From assembly GCA_013239625.1 (NCBI GenBank), contig MU053792.1, positions 135,618 to 199,617 on the forward strand: a stretch of 64,000 nucleotides of DNA, read 5' to 3'. Within the stretch, counting starts at the first letter, position 1. The number at the start of each line of letters is the position of its first letter. The notes under the pieces were generated by a model. It searched no databases, was not told where the DNA came from, and saw only the letters and a program-made list of their open reading frames with translations. The stretch is from Lama guanicoe (lineage: Eukaryota). This document shows positions 51,706-64,000 of the stretch, in pieces. A program made the position numbers and the translations under genes.

Positions 51706-54700
51706 TATTCTTCAACAATAAAAAATCTGCTTCCCATTAGCCTCAATCAAGTTACTTATTTGATTAACTCAGATGTTAGCAACTAATCCCATTGCTGTAG
51801 AGACATAATCTTCACCACAGGCCAGCTCGGATACCTTACACTGGATGCCATGGCTGTACCCACCAGGTTGCCTTTCTCACTCTGTCTGGATTTTAACACC
51901 AGGTACTAAGCCACTCACCACCCCCTCTTCACCAGGCTTAGCCTCTGACATGCCACACTGGAGCATGCTGACTAGGAGACGGTGTCAAGAAAGGAAGTTC
52001 AAATTATTCAGATAGTTCTGCTTTTCTGAATTTCTGTTTCCATTTCAGTGAATCAGAGAGGCTATGTAATACTATGTGCAAAGAGTGAAAAGACTTTTAT
52101 GGCTCCAAAATAACCACAGATTTGGTGACAAGTCCTCAATCCAGCTGTATTTGGATGGAAAACATGGCAGTGTTTCTGAGGTGGTTTCATAGAGATTTTG
52201 TGTATCTCAGTCTATATTTTGAAATCGATCTTGCTTAGGTCTGTTTCATTCTCAGAAGCATCGTTTCGTCGCATTTCCTCTTTGATTGCTCCTGAATGTT
52301 CATGAGATGCTTTATTTTCTGTGTTTACAAAGGTTTTTGATTTATCTGCTCTCTCTAAAGAAATTACTTGTTACAATAATATATTTGGATAGCACTATTT
52401 ATTCTTATCGCATCTCCACATTTATTAAATGATTTTGCCCTAGCAACAATAAATAGTGCAGTATCTATTAAGTCATAGGAAAGTTTTAATAACCTATGTG
52501 AAGGGACATAGTTGAGCAGAGGATGCAGTAAAAAGCTTCATCCCTGTTTAAGTCAGGTGGATGGCTGTTTGGCGGTGCTATTTGAGAGCACCATCTTGAA
52601 TTTTTGCTCCAAGATCACTCTTACACCAAAACGGTCTTCCAGCACTCTTTATGAAATTATATGGCACACTTCTATTGGCAAATTATATATGTGTAATTTA
52701 TGTTTCAATAAAGCTATTTAAAAAAAAAACAACCCTGTTCATTATGTCCCTTGGGTATCTTTTTAAGTGAATATGTGTTTAGGAAGGAGTAAGACATTGG
52801 TTTAGAGAACAGAAATTGACAACTCACTTCTTTGAACCCTGATGCCAAAAGAAGGGAGAGAAATGCTTACGGCTAGATCTGCATTGCAGATCCACTTGTG
52901 TTGTTTCCCACTTTTTACCTGGGGTGAATCTTTCTCTGCAAGGACATACTGCCTTCCAGTGTAAATTAGGTCATCATACTGCCGCATGCTACCGAGAGTG
53001 AAAACTCCTGATTTATACCGAATTTGAGCAGATCTGACAGCTATTCTGTTCAATATTAAGCCCCACAGTCAATCATACATAGTAAAAGTGAAGCCTACAT
53101 AACTCATGGAGATACAGTGAGAGCCAATTCCTTGTAAGCTGACAGAGCTTACAAACAACTAAATGGCTGTCATTTCTGAATGACCCTATATCATAAAATT
53201 TATATTTTACTTTAATATAAAGGCAACCAGGTTCTTTGCAATTTTTATAAAACTATAAGAATGAAGAATGGAGGACCTTTTTGAAGTATCCAATTTAAAA
53301 AGGTGGAGGCATTCAGATTTTAAGGAACAAAAATATATTCAAGAAAATGTTGGTGTCTGTATTACAAGAGAAAAAGGAAGAGCAGGAGGATGGGCAGCCA
53401 TTTAAGTTGAAATTTTTTCTAATTTAATGACTGAAGCCTATATTTTCTGCTAAGTTTTTGTTCAAATTATGCAAAATTATTACAAAGACTTTATGCAAAG
53501 TACAAAGAAAACAATTGTGTATTTACGAAGATCTAATTCTATCAACCAACCATTTTTGAGTGTTATTCTAAATTTATATTAGGTATTATGGTAAATGCTG
53601 CAAACATACCAGAAATTAATTTAGGCCCCTGCCATTTACAAAAATCTTGATTGGTGCAATGCAATGCTTTTTAAACTGTTTAAGGATGCAAGTCCCTGAG
53701 GGATGTAAGATTCAGGGTAGCAAATTGCTGTAGGTTGAGGCAACAAATAAAGGCCTCATGAAGTGGACCTAAAGCTAGTTCTTAAAGGAAAGATATTTTT
53801 ATAGGAGGACAGAAGCTGGAAGGATTGATCGGTTAGAAATTTAATGTGAGGAAGCTCAAGCTATGTTTGAAGCACTGTGATCATTCTCTTAAACTTTTCT
53901 CTGAATCTTATTTCATGTAGAATATATTAACATTTATAATTTGCTATTTAAATACATACCATTACCAGTGGTTTTATATAATCTTTAAGAGCATCTCAAT
54001 AAAAAGATATCTTTACTATTGGATGCTGTAATACCAAATTAAAATTAAATAATAACCAAACCCATGACCCCACTATCTGATAGTTATATATATATATATT
54101 TTTTTAAACAATATTAACTTATAGTGTGTCCTTGTAGATTTCCTTGCTAGTATTTTTCAGGAGATCTGTATTTTTTTCTTAATCTTGGATTGCAAGGAAA
54201 AATTAACTGAGAAATCAGGAAAGTGATTTTTCTGTAAGAACTGAAGCTTACAAACAAACAGAGACATTACTGGTTTGAAGGAAGAAAAGCTGACGCGCAG
54301 AGTCCAAGGTTAAGGTCACCGTTTTGCAGGAAGGAGAGGAACAGTCATTACCTCATCAGTCAGTCCTGTCTTTAGCTGTAGCTGTATTATAAGCATGTAT
54401 TTATGGTCCTCTCTTTGGCTAATGGTGAGTCATCCTTGCAAACAAGATGTCCAAGAAATAGCAAGTTTAGGAAACAGAGGAAGTCTTTAAAATGTCAGCT
54501 TAAACATGTGATTCTAGGCAGAGTTGTTAACCCTGTTAGATGATCATAGTTTTGTCTTATTCAAATAAAATCCAGCGAGGGTATCACCAGTCATTTCTGG
54601 TATCTGAATATTCACTGTGCACTACAGTTACTAGTAAATACGATGAATCTTAAAATTTCACCTTTAATGAATAAGTTTTTTATAGATATCCACAATAAAC

Positions 54701-56409
54701 AGCAAAGAATATGAGGAATGTTGAGATTATTTTAATAAGATGATTTCAGAAATTTCCAAGAATTCTAATTTCTGTTTCCCAGATCCAGAAGGTTGCTATC
54801 TGAAGGGAAAGGAAGTGGAATTTAGAAACATTACCCTTTGAATCTTATATCGCAGGAAAATACAGTAAATAAAATTTAAAATCTGTTTTTGGCAGTGTTT
54901 TTAATGGTATTTTTCTATGCATCATAGTATCATTCTTAGGATATAATATTTGTCTCTGACTTAATGAATTAATTTCTGTGATTTAGCAAATTCAGTCTGT
55001 TCCTATAGACATACAAATATAAGTTGGATTAATTCTTGATCTCATTGCTTTTTATGTATTATTCCAATGCTCATGTATCACCATAATCAAATTCTATTAT
55101 ACCACCTTCTTTTACTGAAAGTAATTTGAAGATCTAAAGAATAGTTTAATTTACTCCAGGATATAACTATTTTAGAGTTATTTATATTTTAAGTGTATGT
55201 TTTCAAAGGTTTATTTGTAGATTACAGTATTCTCAATTCATACATTATAAGAAGTAGGTTTAGGAAATCGCTAAAAATAGCTTTAAGAATTGTAATAAGC
55301 AAGATGCATTTTAATAAAAGTATAAAAATGATTTATCACTCAAATCAGGCTATATTTAATATTCTCACTTGTCTTGTGGAAACTGACACATCACTTTTTC
55401 TTTCACATTTTCTTTCTCAAACCCCCTGAAGAGATCTGTTTTCAGAAGGTCAAGAAGGAAGAATGCTGTCTGCAGCATCATTCTGATTTTAAACCTCAAA
55501 GTACATCTGCTCTGGATTCTAGAAAACATTTTTAACTAATAAAATGCTTCATCTATTAAATTTGCTGTGATTCCATGGTCACATTTCCAATGAACACTGG
55601 GAAATTTGAGTAACTGACATAAAATGGTAGTTAAATGTACACACATTTTTAAAACTTTCTTAAGTGATATCAGGCTTTTAACTGCATTACAGTGAAAGAA
55701 TGGGGACCACTTTTCCTAAAAGTCAGTAAAATATCTAAAAGAAAGATTTAGTAAGTCAATGTGACTCCTTGACTTACTAATAAACCACATGGCTATTTCC
55801 ACATGATTGACATGTCGCTTTCTTAATTTCACCTTCTCAAAACTAATAGCTTGTTTAAAGAGTGAACAAGCAACATTTTCCACGTATGTTGTACAAAGAA
55901 TAGTACATGAAACATCTGTATACAATGAGGTCCTCAATGTTCATTAGGAAGTCACCGAGCCAGGAACTGGGGACAGACATGGCTACGTAGTTAAGATGGC
56001 CGCTAGGGAGAAGTCAAAGCTATGGTGCCATTTATCTCAAATTCCCACAAGTGATTCTTGACATAACTGGTAACTGCAAACACATCTTTTTTCTGCATAA
56101 GAAGCTAAACATACATAAAATAAAAACAGTGCTTAGCAGAGCTGAACTTCTTTTTTTCTGAAGATGTTTGCAGTGTGCATGGCACAACTATGGACCCAAC
56201 CATCAGACTCAAAAACTGGCCAAAAGGGAAGATGCTGAAGAAGGCAGCGTCAGGGGAAAATGTGAACTCAAAGAGTGAATACCACAGGGACGGCTACTAT
56301 GAATAATGGTTTCAGAGTAAGAACTAGCTTACTTGAGAACTTAACCTTGGCTTATAAGTTAGTATAAGGGTGAAGAAAGGTCTCCCCCTTTCCTTGTCAT
56401 TGTTTCCCT

Positions 56410-56597
56410 GAGTGGTTAGGAGTTTGGGCTCTGCGATCTTGGCCAAATTATCCAATCTTTGTGATTCCAAGTGTCTTCACTTATAAATCAAGGGTAATAC
56501 AACTTCTTTATTAGACCTTTATGAAGATTCATTATGATAAACTTGGCAAAGGGTCTATAATATTACCTAGCCCATAGCAAACACTCAATAAATGTTT
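56410..56597 (+). mobile_element. MIR SINE
   Basis: 'gtggttaggagtttgggctctg...ttggccaaatta...cccatagcaaacactcaataaatgtt'. Confidence 0.75.
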
Positions 56598-56639
56598 ACG
56601 TTACTGTTGTGTTGTTGTACTTGCTGTTGCCATTGGCTG

Positions 56640-57319
56640 GTTCATGACACCCATATTTGTTGTGATCTGCACCCCAGATCTTATCACCAAACAAGGAGAA
56701 GTGACAGTTCTTTCCTACTTTATTCAGGCCTTTCCTGCAGGACTTCTCAGAGAGGTTTCCTTCTACTTGCGTATCCATCTTTCTAACTAAACTTTGAAAT
56801 GCAGAAAGGAGAGAAAAAAGAAATTTCCTCTTCATTTTTATGTTCATGGTTTCTGTCATATTGTTGTTGAACGAAGGGCTTAAATAACACATATTTATTT
56901 GTATATGTGAACATTACATTTGCCTCTTGGTTTTGTGACTTCATGCAGGGCATTTAATCATATTAAACCTCTATTTCCTTGTTATAAATAAAGACAATAA
57001 ATGCCTCTTCAATACACCTCAAAAAGTTTGAGGGTTAAATAATATAAAACATGAGGAAACATTTTTTAAATTGTAAAATATTATATAGACATCAGTGGTA
57101 TAAAAATTAAACCATCACAAAAAAGACTCAAATTACCTATCTTGCTATTTATCTTTTCTTGGCCAAAAGAACGTTTTTTTCAAGTAAGCTATAAAAGTGA
57201 CAAATACAAAGTTTATCTGAGAAGATCTTCTAGTATATGACTTAAAAGTAGATTAGAAACCTCATAGCAGGTAGACATATTACGAATTGACCACCTGAAC
57301 AAACCAATCACGAGAAATG
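56640..57319 (+). repeat. Local direct duplication, copy 1 (~680 bp)
   Basis: Collinear with 60992-61665 from 'gttcatgacac' to 'ccaatcac(g/t)agaaatg'; roughly 88-90% identical by eye. Confidence 0.95.
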
Positions 57320-58099
57320 GGTACATGTTAACAGCGGTAGACTGAAGGTAAGATCCTGTGCAATAAATTTACCAAGGGCTTGTATTTAGTTATTTATTTA
57401 TGTATCTACAGCAGGTAGAAAAGTTTTTACAGATAAAGTGGATTCTCAATAAGTATTCTTTGTAACAGAATAGAACTCTATTGTTACACCTAAAATATAA
57501 TGCAGATGGGAGGCATTTGAAACCAGTTAAGAAGAGGAGAAAGTTGATTGATTCAAATGAAGTTGTCCCCAAGATGTGTGTCTGGGAGTGAGCTGATAAT
57601 GATGGCTCTGGCAAGTCTCTGGCAAGTTGATGGCAAGTTCAGGGATGACTGTTTCATCTGCTGCTAAGACTTGATTTTTTTTTCCCCCAGGAGCATAGAA
57701 AGTTGAGCGTCCATGGAGGGTGAGGGAAGTAGAGTGAAGAGAATACATAAACAGCTTGAAGAGTTCTGAATTAAAGGCACTGAAATGCCCATTACTGAAG
57801 ATGTTCAAGGCTACTTTCCCGTATCTTTGGCCATTGAATTTAACTTTAACTGGCAGTGGCAGAGGCTAAGATGCACATTTTCTCATCTCCACGGCCAGGA
57901 GTAAATAAGTACCTCTTCTTTGCGGTACTGCTACTGTTTCCAGAAGAAAGCCCCCAGGTAAGTCTGTCTTCCACTCTGTGCTGCAGGCGATGACTAGGCG
58001 TAAAACTGCATTCACTGAAATGGCCTCTGTTTTCCTCGGATGCTGGGCCACCAGAAGGACATCAGAGTATCTGTCAGAAGCTAGCAGCTAAAACCCAAG

Positions 58100-58262
58100 C
58101 TGACTCTGTAGTTAATACCCGATGTCTACCTGTGTCTCTTGGGCAAGTTAACTTTTGGGGCCACAAAATTCTCATACGTAAGATGAAGATAATAATAGTA
58201 TACATCTCACTAGGTTCTTTTGAAAACTTAAATGAGTTAATCCCTGTAAAACGTTTAGAATG
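58100..58262 (+). mobile_element. MIR SINE
   Basis: 'ctgtgtctcttgggcaagttaac...gtaagatgaagataataatagta...ttaaatgagttaat...gtaaaacgtttagaa'. Confidence 0.8.
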
Positions 58263-60991
58263 TTGGCTGGTCTGTGTCAATGGTCATTAGGTTATAGCAA
58301 ATACAAGTAGCTTTTCCAAGGAAAAATTTCCTCCTAGGCATTTGGTTTCAGATAGCAACATGTTAGGAAACTAAGTATGTCTCTTTATTCAGACATCAGG
58401 GATACCAGTTAGCCAATGTTGTAACAAGAGCCTGATTTAGCACCAAGTAAAACCTGGTCTGTATCTCATGTTACAAGTTAACTTTGAAAAACTATGCTTA
58501 AAGAGGGGGATAGATGCGTTTTCAATTTCTTCCACATCTATCTTTTCCCTTAAAACAAATGCCTTTGTGTAACTCATCCAGCCCTATTGAAGAGGAGGAT
58601 TTAGAGGCAGATGGCAATTCTAAGCAATAGATTAATTGTAATTCATCAGAATTGACTTTTAATAATCTTTGAGATAATCACAAAATCAAAGCTGAACAAG
58701 GCTTTTTGATCACTGAGTTTCAAATTCACACTTTGCACTTGGAGAAAAGTGTCTCCATTTGGACTCCTTAATTATATACCATTCCTTATCTTTTCACTTT
58801 GAGAGGAGAGTCCAGAATAGGAATACAGGTCCTTAGCCACTTCTGCCCACAGCACATACTCCCCTGTGCTTGCTCTGGGAGTGAGACAGCTAAAGGCAGT
58901 TTGGGACAAGGGTCCTGATGCCTTTGCTTTGCCAAAGGTCATCCAACTCGCTCACAGGTGCTTCGTTTAACTCACTCCAGCCACTGGACAGCCGTCAAGC
59001 CCATAGGTACAGTTTTGGCAACACATACTGATGTGAAGCTTCTTTGTTTCCAAAGAATAATACAATTAACGTGCATGCAAACTTCTTACTGACCTTTAAT
59101 TCTCTTGATTTATTCAATTGTGATCCAGAATTAAAGTTACCTCAACTTTACAATCATCACATCAATATCTCCAGCTAACTGCAGTGGATTTTGAATAATT
59201 GGGCCACCCTCGTGACAATGCTGAGGTTTTTTTCAATTCAGATTTAGAATGAGATGATGACAAATATAAAGGTAACTGGACATAATGGATTTTATTTCCC
59301 AATATATGACAAAAATCCAATCCAGCACAGAGTAACTGCACACACCAACATTTGCAGACGGCCCCAGTACACATAAGGCGGACAGCTAGCCAGGGGAAAT
59401 GTGGTGGCCCAGATAGTGCAAATGGCAATTTTGGCCTGCGGTAAACAGGCAGCACGCTGTCACATTTCAGATGACAGAACAAGAGGCTATCCGGGGCCGT
59501 GACATTTTTCTAAGCTGTACTCATGCAATTTGAGACTTCCACGATTCCTCACAAAGAGGATATCACATTCTGACTCGACCATCTTAGAAAAGAGAACTAG
59601 ATTATGGCTTTACATGCCCAGGAAGTGGGAGAGGCGAATGCTATTATTGGTTTAAATAGTGAATAGAGTGTATTTGTATATTGCTGAAAAATAAAACAAA
59701 ACGTGCATGGGTGTGTGCACAAAACATACACATTGTAAATCAACTATAATTTAATTGTAAATACATAAATATGTATGTATATACATAAATACTCATAGGT
59801 AGAAAAAAGAAAAAAATGTAGAGTAATTGCAAATTAAAAAATATATATTTTTTCCCACTTAAAGTTGATATAATGCTTTATTTATGATAAGCTTACTTAG
59901 AAATAACATACGCCAAGGAGGACGATATTTAGTATTTTGTTTTTATTCATTCTTCTCCATTAAGTTGAGTTTACAATGCATAGGAATTCTCTTCACAGCT
60001 TAACCAAAGAATTCTAAAAAGGAAAGATTGTCAGTTCTTTGTAAACGATGCAAATTCTGGTATGATACTTAGTGAAGCCTTGGATCTTGAATAAGAAATT
60101 TTCATACATTAAAAAAAAATGTGTTCCTTAAAATAATAAAAGCCCAATCCTCAACAAAAGAATAGCAATACATCGCATCATTTACATGATGATCCATTTC
60201 TAATTTGCCAAGTAATTTTAACATAGTCTAATATATCTAAGTTAGGCTGGTGTCTCGAAGTAATTTCTGTGGTCCCTTGAAAGAGAAGAAACCTATTCAT
60301 ATCTAAGTAAGGCAGTAGGACTTCTTTGAAATCAGTCTGAAGGTCTTTTCTAAAGTAGGGTGCTGATTCAGTTCAGAACAGACCCTTTTATTCTCTGGAG
60401 CACTCTTTCATTTCCAGGACTTCCATAAGTGAAATCTCTCTGTGATTTGCATGGTTCTGTTATCAGCCATTGATTCTTTACTTCCTGAGCAGAGACAGTT
60501 GCTTTCAGTGGTCTCCTTAAATATTAATTTTTCCAATCTTTGAACCAGGTCAGATTTCAATGCATCCTGCTTTCTCTGTCATTTTAAGATGTATCTGAAA
60601 TTGCCTGAGCTCGCTGAATCTTTCAGCTCCAGAGTTTTTCTTTAACAATAGTCTTTTTTTTTTTTTTCTGGGTGAGGACAGAAAGCATGAATCTTTGAGG
60701 CTGAAGATGACATGCATAGTTGAATAGTGTTTTGGTAAAACTCTCTAACTCATCTTCATTGTGTCTACATGACAGTCTTACCTTGAAAAGAAGTTCAGAC
60801 TTTTACTTTCATTTTGCTCACCTTTGTTCATTAAAATTCAGTAAAGTCTTGGAATCAAGTTTTCATTTATTTTATTTATTTATTTATATATACAAATCCA
60901 CATCTCAGGAAGAGCTCCCTAACAAAGGCATTACTCCATTTCTCACCAGATCTCCACTGAGGTGAATTGGCCTTTTTTCTTTTTTGGTCCA

Positions 60992-61665
60992 GTTCATGAC
61001 ACACGTATTTGTTATGATCTGCACCCCAAATCTTATCATTGAACAAGGAGAAGTGTCTATTCTTTCTTACTTTATTCAGGCCTTTTTTACCAGACTTCTC
61101 AGAGAGGTTTTCTTCTACTTACTTACACATCTTTCTAACTAAACTTTGAACTGCAGAAAAGAGAGAAGAAAATTTCCTCTTCATTTTTATGTTCATGGTT
61201 TCTGTCATACTGTTGTTGAACGAAGGGCTCAAATAACACATATTCTTTGTATATGCAAACATTACATTTGCCACTTGGTTTTGTGGTTTCATGCAGGGTA
61301 TTTAATCATATTAAACTTGAATTTCCCTGGTATAAATAAAGACAATAATGCCTCCTCAATATACCTCAAAAAGTTTGAGGGTTAAATAATATAAGGCATG
61401 AGGAGACACTTCTTAAATGGCAAAATATTATACAAACATCAGTGGTATAAAAATTAAACCATCACGCAAAAGACGCAAATTACCTATCTTGCTATTAACC
61501 TTTTCTTGGCCAAAAGAACTTTTTTTCAAGAAAGTTTTAAAAATGACAAATACAAAGTTTATCTGAGAAGATCTTCTAGTATATGACTTAAAAGTAGATT
61601 AGAAACCTAGTAGCAGGTAGACATATTATGAATTGACTACCTGAACAAACCAATCACTAGAAATG
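60992..61665 (+). repeat. Local direct duplication, copy 2, fused to the following L1
   Basis: See copy 1. Ends inside the L1-like motif ctgaacaaaccaatcactagaaatg. Confidence 0.95.
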
Positions 61666-64000
61666 AAATCAAATTAGCAATAAAAAACCTCCCTACAAAC
61701 AAATTCCAGGACCAGATGGCTTCACTGGGGAATTTTATCAAACATACAAAGAAGAGCTCATACCAATCCTTCCCAAACTCTTTCAAAAGATTGAAAAGGA
61801 GGGAGTACTCTCAAACTCATTCCATGAAGCCACCATCACCCTGATACCAAAACCAGACAAAGACACTACCAAAAAAGAAAATTACAGGCCAATACCATTG
61901 ATGAACATCGATGTAGAATTCCTCAACAGAATATTAGCAAGCAAACAGAATCCAACAACACTTAAAAAGGTGAAAGATTATACACTATTATCATTGGGTT
62001 CATCCCAGGGACACAAGGATGATTCAACATATGCAAATCAATCAATGTGATACACCACATCAACAAGAAAAAGGGCAAAAATCACATGATCATCTCAATA
62101 TATGCAGAAAAAGCTTTTGATAAAATTCAACATCTATTTATGATAAAACCTCTAACCAAAGTGGGTATAGAGGGGACATGTTTCAACATAATAAAAGCTA
62201 TTTATGACAAACCCACAACCAGCATAACACTCAGTGGTGAAAAGCTGAAAGCCTTTCCACTAAAATATGGTACAAGACAAGGATGCCCATTGTCACCACT
62301 TCTATTCAATATAGTATTGGAAATCCTAGTCATAAAATCAGACAAGAAAAAGAAAAAAGGGATCCAAATTGGAAGAAAAGAAGTAAAATTGTCATTATAT
62401 GCAGATGACATGATACTGTATATAGAAAACCCTAAAGACTCCAGCTCTCTACTAGAGCTGATAACAGAACATGGCCAGGTAGCAGGATACAAGTTTAACA
62501 TGCAGAAATCAGTTGCATTTCTTTGCGTTAACAATGAAATATCAGAAAAGGAAAGTAAAGAAACAATCCCTTTTAAAATTACATCCAAAAAAATAAAATA
62601 CTTAGAAATAAATCTGACCAAGGAAGTGAAAGACTTATACATGGAGAACAACAAAACATTGACTGAGGAAATTAAAGATGACTTAAAGAAATGGAAAGAT
62701 ATCTCATGTTCTTGAATTGGAAGAATTAATATTATTAAAATGGTCATACTGCCCAAAGAAACCTACAGATGTAATACATTCCCTATCAAATTACCTGAAC
62801 ATTTTTCACAAAACTAGAACAAATAATCCTAAAATGTATATGGAATCACAAAAAAACTCAGACTTACCAGAGCAATACTGAAGAAAAAGAATGAAGCCAG
62901 AGGAATAACCCTCTGAGACTTCAGGCAATACTATAGAGCTACAGTCATCAAAACAGCATGATATTGGTACAAAAACAGACATATGGATCACTGAAACAGA
63001 ATAGAGAGCCCAGAAATGACTCCACAAACTTTTGGTCAATTAATCTTCAACAAAGGAGGCAAGAATACACAATGGAATAAAGACAGTCTCTTCAGCAAAT
63101 GGTGTTGGGATAACTGGACAGCTGCATGTATCTCAGTGAAGTTAGAACACTCCCTCACACCGTACACAAGAATAAACTCAAAATGGCTTAAAGACTTACA
63201 CATAAGACAAGACAAAATAAATCTCCTAGAAGGAACATAGGCAAAACATTATCTCACATACATCTCAGCAATGTTCTCTTAGGGCAGTCTACCCAAGCAA
63301 TAGAAATAAAAGCAAAAATAAACAAATGGGACCTGATTAAACTTACAAGCTTGTGCAGAGCAAAGGAAACCATAAGCAAAACAAAATGACAACCTACAGA
63401 ATGGGAGAAAATATTTGCAAAAAATGAAACTGACAAAAGCTTGATCTCCAGAATATATAAACAGCTCATATGACTTAATAAGAAAAAAACAAATAACCCA
63501 ATCCAAAAATGGGCAGAAGACCTAAACAAGCAATTCTCCAAGGAAGACATACAAATGACTAACAGACACATGAAAAAATGCTTAATATCACTAATTATCA
63601 GAGAAATGCAAATCAAAACTACAGTGAGGTATCACCTCACACCAGTTAGAATGGCCATCATTCAAAAGTCCACAAATGACAAATGCTGGAGAGGGTGTGC
63701 AGAAAAGGGGAACCCTCCTACACTGCTGGTGGGAATGCAGTTTGGTGCAGCCACTGTGGAAAACAGTATGGAGATTCCTCAAAAGACTAGGAATAGACTT
63801 ACCATCTGACCCAGCAATCCCATTCCTGGGCATACATCCAGAGGGAATCTTAATTCAGAAAGACACCTGCACCCCAATACTCATAGCAGCACTATTTACA
63901 GTAGCCTAGACATGGAAACAATCTAAATGTCCATTGACAGATGTCTGGATAAAGAAAATGTGGTATATTTATACAATGGAATACTACTCAGACATAAAAA
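61641..64000 (+). mobile_element. 5'-truncated LINE-1, degraded ORF2 (reverse transcriptase and C-terminal domain); runs off the window end
   Basis: ORF 62047-62715 has RT motifs ([37 protein letters not shown]). C-terminal CWWEC motif near 63725. Multiple stops and frameshifts. Confidence 0.97.

Noticed and set aside
57899..57963. Perfect plus-strand donor CAG|gtaagt
   Set aside because: Isolated site with no convincing coding exon or partner exons.
62047..62715. 222-aa RT ORF as a functional or domesticated gene
   Set aside because: A fragment of a decayed L1 ORF2, bounded by stops and frameshifts.

Overview
AT-rich, repeat-dense mammalian genomic DNA, very probably from a camelid: two tRNA-derived SINEs have the Vic-1-type head 'GGGGAGGGTATAGCTCAG...GCTTAGCATG', and a lineage-type L1 3' end recurs. 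No host protein-coding gene could be confidently identified. Most ORFs in the track come from L1 fragments, microsatellites or chance. The stand-out element is an endogenous parvoviral element at about 600-1510 (+). It encodes the frameshifted C-terminal ~280 codons of a dependoparvovirus (AAV-like) capsid, through to the native stop codon, followed by an AAV-like poly(A)/3'-UTR segment. It abuts a 5'-truncated antisense L1, so the rest of cap/rep may lie upstream of this window. Other notable structures are a ~680 bp local duplication fused to the 5' junction of an L1 through a ~25 bp homeology, a twin-primed (5'-inverted) L1, a doubly deleted L1, solo LTRs, MIR/L2/MER5 relics, a (GAA)25 tract and a few candidate minus-strand exons. 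All comparisons with known families were made by eye from recalled consensus sequences, and subfamily names are tentative.
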